A DNA stretch of 64,000 bases from Octopus vulgaris (GCA_951406725.2 OX597815.1:207948001-208012000); one strand, 5' to 3'. Shown: positions 41,452-54,686, counted from the first letter of the stretch. Translations and numbers: made by a program. Notes: generated by a model not told the origin, from the letters alone.

Positions 41452-41869
41452 GGCACAGGAGTGGCTGTGTGGTAAGTAGCTTGCTAAACAACCACATGGT
41501 TCCGGGTTCAATCTCACTGCGTGGCATCTTGGGCAAGTGTCTTCTGCTATAGCCTCGGGCCGACCAATGCCTTGTGAGTGGATTTGGTAGACGGAAACTG
41601 AAAGAAGCCTGTCGTATATATGTATATATATATGTATGTGTGTGTGTGTTTGTGTGTCTGTGTTTGTCTCCCTAGCATTGCTTGACAACCGATGCAGGTG
41701 TGTTTACGTCCCCGTCACCTAGCGGTTCGGCAAAAGAGACCGATAGAATAAGTACTGGGCTTACAAAGAATAAGTCCCGGGGTCGATTTGCTCGACTAAA
41801 GGCGGTGCTCCAGCATGGCCACAGTCATATGACTGAAACAAGTAAAAGAGTAAAAGAGAGTAAAAGAGT
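41452..41869 (+). mobile_element. SINE family A (young)
   Basis: Full-length copy. Confidence 0.9.
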
Positions 41870-42384
41870 AATACAATAATGTAATATAACCTGAAAATAT
41901 TCTTTCACCCTAATTTTGAATTTATTTTTACTCAATCTTATCTTAAACATCCAACATGCAATTTTATTTTATAATAAAAAACAATAATGAAAATAATTCT
42001 TTCTGCTAAAGGCTCAAGGCCTGAAATTTTGGTGGGAGAGGACTAATTGATTACAATTACCCCAATATTTCATTGGTACTTAATTTATCGACTCAGAAAG
42101 GATGAAAGGCAAAGTTGACCAAGGTGGAATTTGAACTCAAAACTTAAAGATGGATACAATGCTGCTTCGTGTTTGATCCAGTGTGCTAATGATTCTACCA
42201 GCTCACTGCTTTAATAACACAGATAATGATAATGATGATGATGGTGGTGGTAGTGATAAGGACGATCAAAACATCAACAACAAGAATAATAATTCCTTTT
42301 TTTATTGGTCACAAGGCCTGTACACAAAAGTAAAGGACAATACAATACAAAGACAGTGGGGACTTAGATATAGTACATGTAAAG

Positions 42385-43130
42385 AGTGAAAAATAACAAC
42401 AATTAACAATAAATACCCCAAAAGTGGGGAAACTCCACCCAAGTGCACCCAGGGAACTCCCCTCATACTGGACACCTGAAATGCTAAGGGCACCTCAATG
42501 GGCACCCCTCACCTCTTCACTCCCCCTGGCCTACAAGTGCATGTTCAGAGTAGGCCCATTCACAGGGGCCATTCTCACCACATTCACCCACCTTTCAACA
42601 AATTTTCCGTGGGCCAGCACTTCCCTCTACACCCTCACTTTCCTTTTCAAGTGGAACTTGAAAATGTCGATGAGGCCTTGGTCAAAGAGGAGGGTGTCTG
42701 TCGTCAGTCCTTTCAACCTCACCCACCACACTACCTCTTTCATCACAGCTGCAGAAAATCCTGTCTGGTAAATGGTGACCCCCACCTGCTCACCATTAAA
42801 GAAACACTGGAGGTGTTACAGCATCAGCACATGTCTGTGCGTCATTAGCCATATTATTCCCAGCTCTTTACTCGGCAGCTGGGTGAGCAAAGTGGACAAA
42901 AACAAGCATTCCAGCTTGATCAGCAATGAAACAGGGTAAGGGACAACAGTCATCTACAGATTTGGCCCCATGAAGTACTGTCATTGGAGACTAGGATTCA
43001 ATCACACAGATGAGGTGAAAGTGACTGTAAAGAAACGGGTACAACGGTGCACACCTGAATATGTTCAAAGAAGATTCCAGAGAGAGATTCAATGATGGTA
43101 CGTATGCATTACTGTTGATGAAAATTATGT
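42385..43130 (-). mobile_element. Decayed Tx1-like LINE ORF2 C-terminus and 3' UTR
   Basis: Minus frame AVMKEVVWWVRLKG...LIDIFKFHLKRKVRV*REVL...FVERW. GC-richer than surroundings. Confidence 0.6.
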
Positions 43131-43466
43131 TGATTATCTCTGTGAAGAGGGAGAGTTACTCTATCAACATGTTTAATATGAATGACCTCCTTGGTCAGTT
43201 AATAAAAAAGTTACACTCGTCTTCACGGTACTTTCTGTATAACCTATTTTTCTACAATAGCTCAGGACTGACCAAATACTTGTAAGTAGATCTGGTGCAC
43301 GGAAACTGAAAGAAGCCCATTGTGTGTGTGTGTGTATGTGTCTGTGTGTGCACATGCATGCATGGATGTGTGTTTCTGCATGTGTGTGTGTTTTTGCATG
43401 TATATATTATGCATGTACACATCTATCTATGTATCTCACGCTCTCTCTACATATATATATATATAT

Positions 43467-43818
43467 GGAGATGTACCTGCATAGCAAGTGATTTGATCTG
43501 AGATCGTGTGCTGGAACGAAAACAATTGCAGTGTGGAAGGTGTTTGTAAGCCATTTAAGAAACACACAAAAGCCGTTCGATTCACTTCAACATTTAAGTT
43601 TAATTTGTCGAAATATTTTCGTCGCTGTAAGACCGCGACCTGTTCACTGCCAAAAATCAGTGAGCACGGAGATGCAGCATGGATTTTTGTCAGTGAACAG
43701 GTCGCGGTCTTAAAGCGACGAAAACATTTTGACAAATTAAACTTAAATGTTGAAGTGAATCGAACGGCTTTTGTGTGTTTCTTAAATGGCTTACAAACAC
43801 CTTCCACGCTGCAATTGT
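43467..43818. mobile_element. Long palindromic Penelope-like element (137-bp arms, 23-nt loop) with hammerhead-like motif in both arms
   Basis: Arms 43522-43658 and 43682-43818 with about 5 mismatches. tttgtca-GTGAACA-g-GTCGC..GCGAC-GAAA-acat-TT-tgacaaa. Flanked by (TA)n. Confidence 0.7.
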
Positions 43819-44407
43819 ATATATATATATGTATATATATATGTGTGTGTGTGTGTGTGCAGTGCACGTGCATGTGTGTGATGTGTGTTTGAAGTGTGAT
43901 GTGTGTAAGCACATGTGTGCATATACAGTAATGGGTATACATGTCTGTATGTGTCCACATGGTGGAAGCGTAGTGTGGACAGTGTTTATACAGAACAAGT
44001 GAATGCAAATTAGAAGCAAGAAGCAATATAGAAAAGGCTGTGCAGGAAGGAAGATGTCAAGTATACTAGCCAGAAGAAGCCAAAAGTAGAAGGTTTGCTT
44101 CTGTTCAGTACTGTGTGCATGAGTAATGAAAAGCATTCATAAAGCAAGATAGCAAGATAGCATGTGTGTGTGTGTGTGTGTGTATTTATGAACTAAGATG
44201 TCATCAAAGAAACAAGCAGCTATCTGATATCACACTTATAAACAGGACCACAAACAGAGGGAGGACAAAGTTATGAAAGTGCTATAATAATAATAATAAT
44301 AATTGTGTACAGTGCTCAGGTGCACTACAACTCATCTAAAGTGTATATATAATCAGGTGTAGTTTCGGCGGATTTCGGAAAGCATGAGGGCCTTAAAGGA
44401 TGTATAT

Positions 44408-44623
44408 ATAATAATGTTGAATAAGGGCAATAAGTAAGTGAGAAATTACACCAAATGCTATAATAATGTTGTATAAGGGCCATAAGTAAGTGAGAAATTA
44501 CACCAAATGCTATAATAATGTTGTATAAGGGCCATAAGTAAGTGAGAAATTACACCAAATGCTATGATAATATTACACCAAATGCTATAATAATGTTGTA
44601 TAAGTGAGAAATTACACCAAATG
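44408..44623. repeat. 52-bp minisatellite, 3 full and 2 truncated units
   Basis: ataatgttgtataagggccataagtaagtgagaaattacaccaaatgctata starting at 44411, 44463 and 44515. Confidence 0.9.
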
Positions 44624-44961
44624 AACCCAGCAGAGAAGACAGGTATTGATGTTAACTAAATCAAGCAAGGCTATTAAAGTAATGAAGTATGAAGAAATTG
44701 CAGACTCATTAGAAATATCTGCTAGGTGCACACTAGCTATTTACTTAATTAATCTATCTGGTAAAGAAGGCAGTTACGTTAGTTACTTTAATGCTGAAGG
44801 TGCAGGTAAGGTGTAGAGTAGGTGGAAGCAGTTCAGTATTCTCTGATAAGTATACAGGTGCATATTCTATTGAAGTGTCGGAAGTATTCCAGAAATGAAA
44901 TCTTAGACTTTTCATGCTGGTGTATGTCTTAGCTATAGTGGGACCTTGCGACAGTGAGCTG

Positions 44962-45264
44962 CTGTGTGTGTGTGTGTCTGTGTGTCTGTCTGTATGTATG
45001 TATGTATGTATGTATGTATGTATGTATGTGTGTATATTTGTATGTATGTATGTATGTGTGTATGTGTGTATGTGTATGTATGTATGTGTGTGTATGTATG
45101 TATGTATGTATGTATGTATGTATGTGTGTATGTGTGTGTATGTATGTATGTGTGTGTGTGTATGTATGTATGTATGTATGTATGTATGTATGTATGTATG
45201 TATGTATGTATGTATGTATGTATGTATGTATGTATGTATGTGTGTGTGAGTGTATGTATGTATG
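44962..45264. repeat. (TATG)n/(TG)n microsatellite
   Basis: Direct reading. Confidence 0.95.
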
Positions 45265-45412
45265 TCTTTTATCTTTCACCTGTTTCAGTCATTAGACTGA
45301 GGCCATGCTGGGGCACTGCCTCGAACAATTTGTTTTAGTCAAATGTATCGGTCCCAGTACGTTTTTTTAGATATTCACACACCAACACCAGTTGTTAAGT
45401 GGTGGTGAGGGA

Positions 45413-45478
<66 letters not shown>

Positions 45479-45643
45479 CACACACACACAAAACGGGTTA
45501 CTTTAGATTCTGTCTATCAAATTCACTCACAAAGATTTGGTTGCCTCGAGGTTATAGTAGAGGGCACTTGTTCAAGGCTCCATGCAGTGGGACTGAACCC
45601 AGAACCATATGGTTAGGAAGCAAGCTTCTTACCATACAGCCAC

Positions 45644-45684
<41 letters not shown>

Positions 45685-45775
45685 GTTAATCCAAACAAGA
45701 AAGCACAAAAAAAACACAACAACGCGAGGACGTGGAACAAATATAGTATTATTGGACGCTCAGGAAAGAAGGAGG

Positions 45776-45810
45776 GTTTAATGTTTCGAGCGGAGCTCTT
45801 CGTCGGAAAC
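45776..45810 (-). ncRNA. Minimal hammerhead-like motif (U4C) in a pLTR-like element about 45683-45882
   Basis: Minus strand gttt-CCGACGA-a-GAGC-tcc-GCTC-GAAA-CA-TT-aaac. Followed by TTCCTGAGCG as in the 8091 element. Confidence 0.5.
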
Positions 45811-46251
45811 ATAGGAGAAGGAAAGATCCAGAGAAGGGAAGACAGAGGAAAAAAAATCGCCACTGGTATACATGAGGTCACATATCATTTATATCATAAG
45901 AATCTAGAAACTTTGAGAGACATAAAATATACTGATCTTAATTATGGAACTTGAAGTAGAAAAATCTATAAATTATAGCATGAAAATATTGAATGAAAAA
46001 ATCTTGGATGGGAAAAGTTGAAGGCTACCATGTGACTTGAACCCACATTCTCTGCAACCTTGTATACATATACACACATAAACAAACACGTATATAAAAA
46101 GAGAGATTTACACAGACAAAGAATCAGATTGATAAATAGATAGGAAAAACAATAAATGCAGTCATAAAAATAATATAAATGAAACAAACAAAACTAAATG
46201 AAACAACAAAATAATAGATTAAAGGTTGAAGCAAAAATATTTTGCCACAGA

Positions 46252-46414
46252 GGCGCAGGAGTGGCTGTGTGGTAAGTAGCTTGTTTACTAACCACATGGT
46301 TCCGGGTTCAGTCCCACTGCGTGACACCTTGGGCAAGTGTCTTCTGCTATAGCCTCGGGCTGACCAAAGCCTTGTGAGTGGATTTGGTAGACGGAAACTG
46401 AAAGAAGCTCGTCG

Positions 46415-46453
<39 letters not shown>

Positions 46454-46661
46454 TTGTGTGTCTATGTTTGTCCCCCTAGCATTGCTTGACAACCGATGCT
46501 GATGTGTTTATGTCCCCGTTACTTAGCGGTTCGGCAAAAGACCGATAGAATCAGTACTGGGCTTACAAAGAATAAGTCCCAGGGTCGATTTGCTCGACTA
46601 AAGGCGGTGCTCCAGCATGGCCGCAGTCAACTGACTGAAACAAGTAAAAGAGTAAAAGAGT
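46252..46661 (+). mobile_element. SINE family A
   Basis: Full-length copy. Confidence 0.9.
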
Positions 46662-46670
46662 ATATATATA

Positions 46671-47070
46671 CTAGCAGCTAAACCCGGTTTATTTGGATGA
46701 TGTGGCTGTGATAGTTTTCGGTTAGGCATAATCTATAACAGCGTTTGTCAACCTTACCATTTCGGGTCCCTTGTTTCGATTGGAGCCTCCTGCTATATAA
46801 AAATTTCCTGACCCCACCCCGTCAGAAAACAGCTTCTGAGCAACTGGTTGTTTTAATGGCAGTAGAAAGAGGGAAATCCCATTAGAAAAAGTTTTAATCG
46901 ATTTCCTCGATAAGTATGGGGGTTAGGAAAAAAATACAAACTGCATTCCAATCTATGCACCTGTCTCCACAGGTATGCCATTTTTCACGCGATTCCACCC
47001 AGTCGTTTGGCTGTGAACCTCATGACAAGAAAGAATACAACGATCGCCCATGTCCAATTCATATTATAGA
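46671..47070 (-). mobile_element. Non-autonomous Helitron (different family)
   Basis: Minus strand starts TCTATAATA and ends ...aaccgggtttagctgCTAG|T. Confidence 0.6.
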
Positions 47071-47336
47071 TATATACATGTGTGTGTGTGTGTGTACCCA
47101 AAATATGTAGTATACATGCATACATACACTCAGACATGCACACACATATATGTGTGCACATGTACACACAACATGTATACTCTTTTACTCTTATACTTGT
47201 TTCAGTCATGTGACTGTGGCTATGCTAGAGCACCGTCTTTAGTCGAGCAAATCGATCCCAGGACTTATTCTTTGTAAGCCTAGTACTTATTCTATCAGTC
47301 TCTTTTGCTGAATCACTATATATATATATATATATA

Positions 47337-47566
47337 CTTTATTTAAAGCAGCAGAAAATTCAACAAAACCTGTTACTCTGAGTTTCATATTCCCGTTCGT
47401 TGGACAGTTTTTTCTAGCAAAAACTGTCTGACGAACGGGAACATGAGACTCAGAGTAACAGGTTTTGTTGAATTTTCTGCTGCTTTAAATAAAGCATATT
47501 ACTCTACCACTGGTATTTGAGCACTCTTTTTTCCACCTTGTTTCACATTTATGTGTTTACTCCGGT
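47337..47566. mobile_element. Palindromic (tail-to-tail) Penelope-like element with the same 79-bp hammerhead unit
   Basis: Inverted repeat 47337-47494 centred on CTAG 47414-47417. Plus arm has CTGACGA...GAGA-ctcagag-TA-acag. Flanked by (TA)n. Confidence 0.7.
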
Positions 47567-48124
47567 ATATATATATATATATATTTATATATATGTCGTG
47601 TGGGAAAAAAACTTGTTTAAGGTAATGAAGTCCTTCCCTGAGGAGACATTTCAATTTTTGCTGAAAAGTCCCCACCTAGCACCATCGAAGTGCTTGAGTG
47701 TGGCATTGAACCTGGTCAGGTGACGGTGGGGCAGAAAAATTCAGAGGCTTAGTGCCTTGTATTGTGTATCAACATTAAAGTAGGAGGTTTAATGCCTCGG
47801 CCTGTTGTTTTGTTTTGTGTTTTGAGTTTATTGTTTGTAAGGGGCTCAGAGCCTCAATTGAGAACGAACTACGGATCTAAAGTAAGAGATTTAATGCCTC
47901 GTATTGTTTTTACTATGTAAAAAAAAAAAGAATAATGTTTTAGAAGAAGCAAAAGATTGGTGGGCGTTTGTTGTCTTCTCCCATCAATATCATCCTTTTT
48001 CGTCATTCATCTCATCAATGTTTTTGTCCAGCCCGCAAGCTACTCAGTGTTAAGCCTTTATGGCAAAATTTCGAAATAATGTATGTATATATATATCTGT
48101 GTGTGTGTGAAAGAGAGAAAGAGA

Positions 48125-48169
<45 letters not shown>

Positions 48170-50753
48170 ATGTACAAAGAAGAATATTGCAAGTTTTAAC
48201 CTACTATATAGTAAACATGTTAAAAAGAAACAGGGTAGCTAAAACCTAAATGTTAGTGTTAGATAAGATTTTGGGTAGCATAATGTCCAATTCTTTTCAA
48301 TTCCTGCTTAAGCAATAACACCTCATATCATTTAACACAACTAAAACCTCATAACTAGCCAATCCTTATCTTCCAAGCTCTTGCTTCAACAGCCAATTTG
48401 TAATTTCAGACCTACACAGAATTGTTTACTGAATCAGACATACATACTCAGGCAGTAGTATCCAAAGTTATTATAACACCATAAAATAAACGACAGTATC
48501 CAGAAAGAACTATACTCACAAAGCATACATTTAAGAGTAGCTATAACCATCACACCTATATTTTTATATCCAGAAATGGAATGCATAACCTATTTATGCT
48601 AGCATGTCTAGAAACTGAATGACAGCAGAGTCAAAAAAGTTATGATAGTGTGGAGTATACAAAATAACGAATGTCTCAGCAACACTGAAGCAAAAAGATG
48701 TGTGCTGTGTCTATCAGAGAAATTTTATATTCTAACCCATAAATACAGTCACTGAACAGAAAGAATAACAGGAAAAATGCAAATACTGGACAAAATTTTT
48801 GTTGAACCATTTTTAATTACAAATAGGTTAGATGCCATTGGGGTCCAGTGAGAGTGTCCTTCCTTTGAAAATAAACATTAGTCAGCTTCTTTTGATTTCC
48901 ACCAACACCAAGAGAAGGTACTGAAGCTCATCTTCTGAACCTACTGAGAGGATTTCTCAGATCTAAGAATGTTACCTAGCATTCTTGCCCAGACAACCCG
49001 AATAAATGTCTCTAAAGAAACTTCTAAGCCTGTGGAGTTTATACAAATGAATAAACTCTGCTATATTAATCTCAGAGCCATTTTCTTCATTTGAAATTTT
49101 AGATGTAAGAATTAAATTATGTACAGAGAGAGAGAAGGGGTGAGGGAAAGAAGGGGTGGAGAATGCATAGACATATATATAATTAAAATGTATATAATTA
49201 TGTTTGCTGTATATGTATTAATTAATTATCATTAAGTGTGTGTATGACTCACTCATCTATGTGAATAAAACAAACACATATACAATATATTCTGTCCGTT
49301 TGTGCATGTGTGTACGTGCGTGAGAGAGAGAGAAAGAGAGTGAGAGAGAGAGAGAGAAAAAGAGAGAGAGTGCATGTATGCAAATGATGACGGAAGAGGA
49401 TACTTAGAAATCTGTTAATTTCCAGTTAAATAATTATTCAATACTTAATTCCTGTTCTTGATTGGGAAGGAAAAGCTACCTTAGATTAATAAAAAAAAAA
49501 CAAAAGAAAACTATTTTCTTATTTACAAAATATAATTTAAATTTATATTTCATTCTAGCTTGAATAATACGAAACATATGCCAAACCTGGAACATCCAAT
49601 AACGAAGTGTCAAGAATAAGAGAGAAAAATCCTCCTGGCCTTAATATATAGCAGCGAAGCAGGAAATAGATAAAATATTTAAGCATGCTTCAGTGAAATT
49701 TTCTTCGTTTATAATAAAAATAGTTAACAATAATGAAAACTGAAATAACCGTATTTGTTTTACTTGTACAAGTATATGCAGGTTGAGGAATTTTTTTTAA
49801 TGAAAATATGTCAATGAAAATATATATACATGTCGGAAAATCAGTCAAGTTAGATGTGCCCATATGAATATGTATGAAAATGTGAGTCTGCAATGGTATT
49901 TGTATCTGTCTTGTGTGCACATATATATATATAATATATGAACTTAAAATCATATCATGAGTGTTTGCTACAAATAAATGCGGTAGTCCTCCACCCAATA
50001 CTCTGCCTCGAAAGTTGAAAATAAATAATTTCATAGTCTGTCGTTTTCTAACTTGATGTGGTAAAGAAAAGGAAAGAACTTTCTTTATTAAAGAACATTT
50101 CTCAAAACAAAAAAAAACCCGCCAAAAAAAAACCCAAATAAATAAATAAAAAAAATAAACCAACAACTTTAACTAAATAAACAAAACAATCAATCAATAA
50201 ATAAATAAATGAATTTCAGAAAGAGATGTGGTTTTGTTGTTTTTCATTAAGTTAAAGTTACAGATGTAGAAAATTTAATAAAAATGGTAACACGTCTCAG
50301 AATATGAAAATGGTAAATGTAATCAAAGAAACTTGATTCATATATTACAATATTTTTCTGTTGCATCATAAAATGTGTGCACATAAAAGTAATAAGAGTA
50401 AATTTATACAGATATACATGCTTATTTTTATATATACACTTATATATACATAAATGTATGCCGCGACATATATAAATCAACTTAAGTAGCTTTCTCATAT
50501 ACTTCCACACTCACACACTCATATACTCACATACACATTTGCATGAATAGATTCTTATATATTTTATATATACATTCATATACAATGCTCTGTATGTGTA
50601 TGAACATATTTAAAATCAACAGATTTATGTATGTTTTTCTGTAAGTGCATAAACTTAAATATTTATGCCAGTATATTTATGCCCATGTATATATATAACT
50701 CGCTCTGAGATTTATCATTGGTTAATATATATATATATATATATATATCAATA

Positions 50754-50822
<69 letters not shown>

Positions 50823-51427
50823 ATATGTTTCTCTATTGATTCACATACAGAACAAAAAAATTTGTGTCAAGAAAATAAGTGTGAACAGGTACGACTGCAA
50901 CAAGGGTGAGACTGCAGGGAAGTGGGTACATAAATGCATGTGTTTATGCTTTCAGTTATCTGAGTAAATGAAAATATTTTTTACTGATGTAAATAGAATA
51001 AATTTTACAGTAGCTGCAAGAGATATTCCTATTAATATGATAATCCCTTTTTAGCCAATTATATTTTAAAGAATGCTCATTACATTATATTTTAATGAAT
51101 TTCTTGTTTCCATTGTAAATAATTTCAACAAGTCTTTGTTTGCTCTCATTTCCCAATTCCAGGTTGCTTCTGTGAATTTACAATTTTTGCAACTTCTGTT
51201 TTGAGTTTCTGTCTCCTGTTACCAGATATGGTTGTGTGGTAAGAAGCTTGCTTCCCAACCACACTGTTCTGGGTTCAGTTCCATTATGCATCACCTTGAG
51301 CAAGTGTCTTCTGCTCTGGCCCAGGGACAACTAAAGCCTTGTGAGTGGATCTCCTTGATAGGAACTAAAAGAAGCACATAATGTGTATGTGTGTATAAAT
51401 ATACATACATATGTACACACATATATG

Positions 51428-51463
<36 letters not shown>

Positions 51464-51470
51464 TATGTAT

Positions 51471-51688
51471 ACTCTTTACTCTTTTACTCTTTTACTTGTT
51501 TCAGTCATTTGACTGTGACCATGCTGGAGCACTGCCTTTAGTCGAGCAAATCGACCCCGGAGCTTATTCTTTGTAAGCCCAGTACTTATTCTATCGGTCT
51601 CTTTTTGCTGAACCGCTAAGTGACGGGGATGTAAACACACCAGCATCGGTTGTCAAGCAATGCTAGGGGGACAAACACAGACACACAC

Positions 51689-51719
<31 letters not shown>

Positions 51720-51890
51720 CATATATATGACAGGCTTCTTTCAGTTTCCGTCTACCAAATCCACTCACAAGGCATTGGTCGGCCCGGGGCTATAGTAGAA
51801 GACACTTGCCCAAGATGCCACGCAGTGGGACTGAACCCAGAACCATGTGGTTGGTTAGCAAGCTACTTACCACACAGCCACTCTTGCGCC
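51471..51890 (-). mobile_element. SINE family A (young)
   Basis: Full-length reverse copy. Confidence 0.9.
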
Positions 51891-52249
51891 TATTGCATTA
51901 TATATAATGCAATACAAAAAACACACACAAATACATACATACATATGTATGTATGTTCCATAGAAACGACCATTTTTATGAATAATTGGCAGGTTCTTTG
52001 TAATTCAGTTATGAACTTGACATTAGAATCGGAGCATATTTGTGAGCAATATTCAATATGATTAAGAACAAGCATCTTTCAAAAGCCAGCATGACTTCTT
52101 GTTCTTTAGTTTGATCTGCTCTTATGATGCATCCTGCCTGTTGTCTGCCTCTTCCTCTTGCTTCTAATTTAGTTGTTTGAATATGGAACAAGTCATCATT
52201 ATTTTTGAGCCAGTTAAACTGAAACTTACTTATGTTTTGTGGTGTTTAA

Positions 52250-52470
52250 CCCTTTCGATACCAACCTGCCTGAAACCGCCTCTGACTCTGTAGTACAAAT
52301 GTCTTGTTTTCAAAAGTTCTGAATTAAAATCTTCCACCAAACCTTAGTCACAATTTATGTTCCTAACACTAGCTTAATGATAACTAAATTATTTTACTAA
52401 ATTCTTTGTTATATTTAAAGAAATTGAAAGAAACACAGAGCATCTCAAAATAAATACGGTAACGAAAGGG
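52250..52470. mobile_element. piggyBac-like MITE
   Basis: TTAA|CCCTTTCG...CGAAAGGG|TTAA. Degenerate relatives near 7355-7565 and 36750-37186. Confidence 0.8.
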
Positions 52471-52892
52471 TTAAGCGACTGAGAATTTCTCTTCTGAATG
52501 AAGCAGCAGTCCATTGCAGGGTCAACTCACCCTTCTCAATTGTTTTTAGTACCCATCTTCAGTTGAGGATGAGTCAAGCACTGTGGAATAAAATGTATCG
52601 TTCAATGATCAAGTCTAGGAATTGAACCTATGACCCTATGTTTGTGAGCCTATCTTAAACACTTAACCACATGCTCATTACAGTTTCCAGATATTGCACA
52701 TTTTGGGGAGTTTGTAATTTTTCCTGTATTTATATATGCAGACTGTAATATGTCTGAAAACTGACAAGGATTTGCTGCAAACTTTTCATCAACAAACCAC
52801 ATGTTGCTTTCTTCAGTCCATTTGTATAAAGTCTGAAAAACCAGCTTCAAGTTCTGCTAATTATTTGGACTCTTAACTAAATTTCTGATACC

Positions 52893-53122
52893 TATTTCTT
52901 TACTACCCACAAGGGGCTAAACACAAAGGAGACAAACAAGGACAGACAGACGGATTAAGTCGATTATATCGACCCCAATGCGTAACTGGTGCTTAATTTA
53001 TCGACCCTGAAAGGATGAAAGGCAAAGTTGACCTCGACGGAATTTGAACTCAGAACGTAACGGCAGACGAAATACCGCTAAGCATTTCGCCCGGCGTGCT
53101 AATGTTTCTGCCAGCTCACTGA
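52893..53122 (-). mobile_element. SINE family B (young)
   Basis: Flanked by tttctgatacc repeats. Confidence 0.85.
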
Positions 53123-53345
53123 CTTCTGGTTTTCTGATACCGTCATCATAGCTATTCTAATAATCCCTTCTTATTTTGACACAAAGCCAGCAGTTTTGAC
53201 GAATGGGGAAGTCAATTACATCGACCTTAATGTAATGATGCTTATTTTATCAACCCTGAAAGGATGAAAGACAAAGCCATCCTTGGCAGAACTGAAACTC
53301 AAAATGTAAACATGGATGAAATGCCACTAAGCATTTTGTCCAGCA

Positions 53346-53716
53346 TCCGCCAGAGCGGCTAACTGGTGTTCGTGACAGTGGCATGTAAAAAACACTATTC
53401 AAGCGTGATCGTTACCAGTGTCGCCTTACTGGCACTTGTGCTGGTGTGCAGGTGACACATAAAAAAAAAGAAAACGATTTTTGTGGCTGTTGCCAGTACC
53501 GCCTGACGGGCCTTCATGCTGGTGGCACATAAAAGCACCCACTACACTCTTAGAGAGAGTGGTTGGCGTTAGGAAGGGCATCCAGCTGTAGGAACTCTGC
53601 CAGATCAAGACTGGAGTCTGGTGCAGCTATCTGGTTCGCCAGTCCTCAGTCAAATCATCCAACCCATGCTAGCATGGAAAGCAGACGTTAAACAATGATG
53701 ATGATGATGATGATGA
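53346..53716 (+). mobile_element. SINE family C
   Basis: Same internal repeats and (GAT)n tail. Confidence 0.75.
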
Positions 53717-54686
53717 TATTAACAATTCTGCCTACCCACCACCTTCGTAGCTGTTCTAATTATCAAAATGGCTGTTCTGCAATACAAATATATCTTGAGA
53801 GAGTGCTATGGCAAAAAGTAATGGAGCTACATCAGATCATTGAATAACGCCAGCTGGTCTCATTATTTTCTATGCTAGTATCATCTGGTTTATGGTATAT
53901 TATCCCATGATCACAATCGTAGAAGTCCTTAGCAAAATCTAAATATATCACATTTATGTTTCTTTGAAAGAGTAGCTGCTTTAATATTTATTCATAAAAC
54001 GGTAAAAGCTCTGTAAGGTAGCATCTCTCTGGATGGAAACAATACTGAGTATAGATAAATAAGTCATTCTCCTATATAAATTGTAATCAGTTTCTCCACG
54101 ATAATTCTTTCTATAACCTTGCCGTTGAGAAGTCAGAGACGTTGTCATATGATTTTTAGAATGTACTCTAATGTCTTATGTCTTATTTTGCATTTCTGGG
54201 GAGCTTACTATTTCCAAGTAAGATTTTGTAAGGAAGATTTTCCAAAGCAGATTTTCTAAACAAAAGTATTTAAAGTTGTTTGGTTAAATCTCTTCATGCA
54301 TGTTTTTAGCAGAACTGCCAAGCTGGGTCTTGATTTATTAGCGGCAGATATTACATTGTCTTCTCACTAAAATATAACAGATAGCTGTTACTCTCTTCTG
54401 TCAAGAGATGCAGCTGAAAAACTCGCTTAACTCTGCTATTTACATGTAGACATGGGATATAATGAAAACATTGATAAATTATTTATTTTACTTGTTTTGC
54501 AAGAGCCAGCAATAAGTAAGATATTTTCTTCACATAATGGTGCTCTCTTGTAGTAGGTTGAAGATGCCTCTTTACAAACTTACACCACATGGTTTCAGGT
54601 TCAATCCCAAGTGTCTTCAACTATTGCCCCAAGGCAACCAATGCCTTGCAAGTGAATTAACTTTGAAACTTTGTGGAAACCCATTT

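Noticed and set aside
43436-44026. ORFs with the same peptide on both strands (NCSVEGVCKPFKKH..)
   Set aside because: Consequence of the DNA palindrome, not a protein.
44408-44623. CRISPR-like periodic array
   Set aside because: Head-to-tail units with no unique spacers, no cas genes, eukaryotic context.
48976-49100. Phase-compatible minus donor AG|gtaaca with an open frame ending ..CLGKNA(S)
   Set aside because: No resemblance to the PH-domain C-terminus (no W..AI motif) and no in-frame ATG or clear acceptor.
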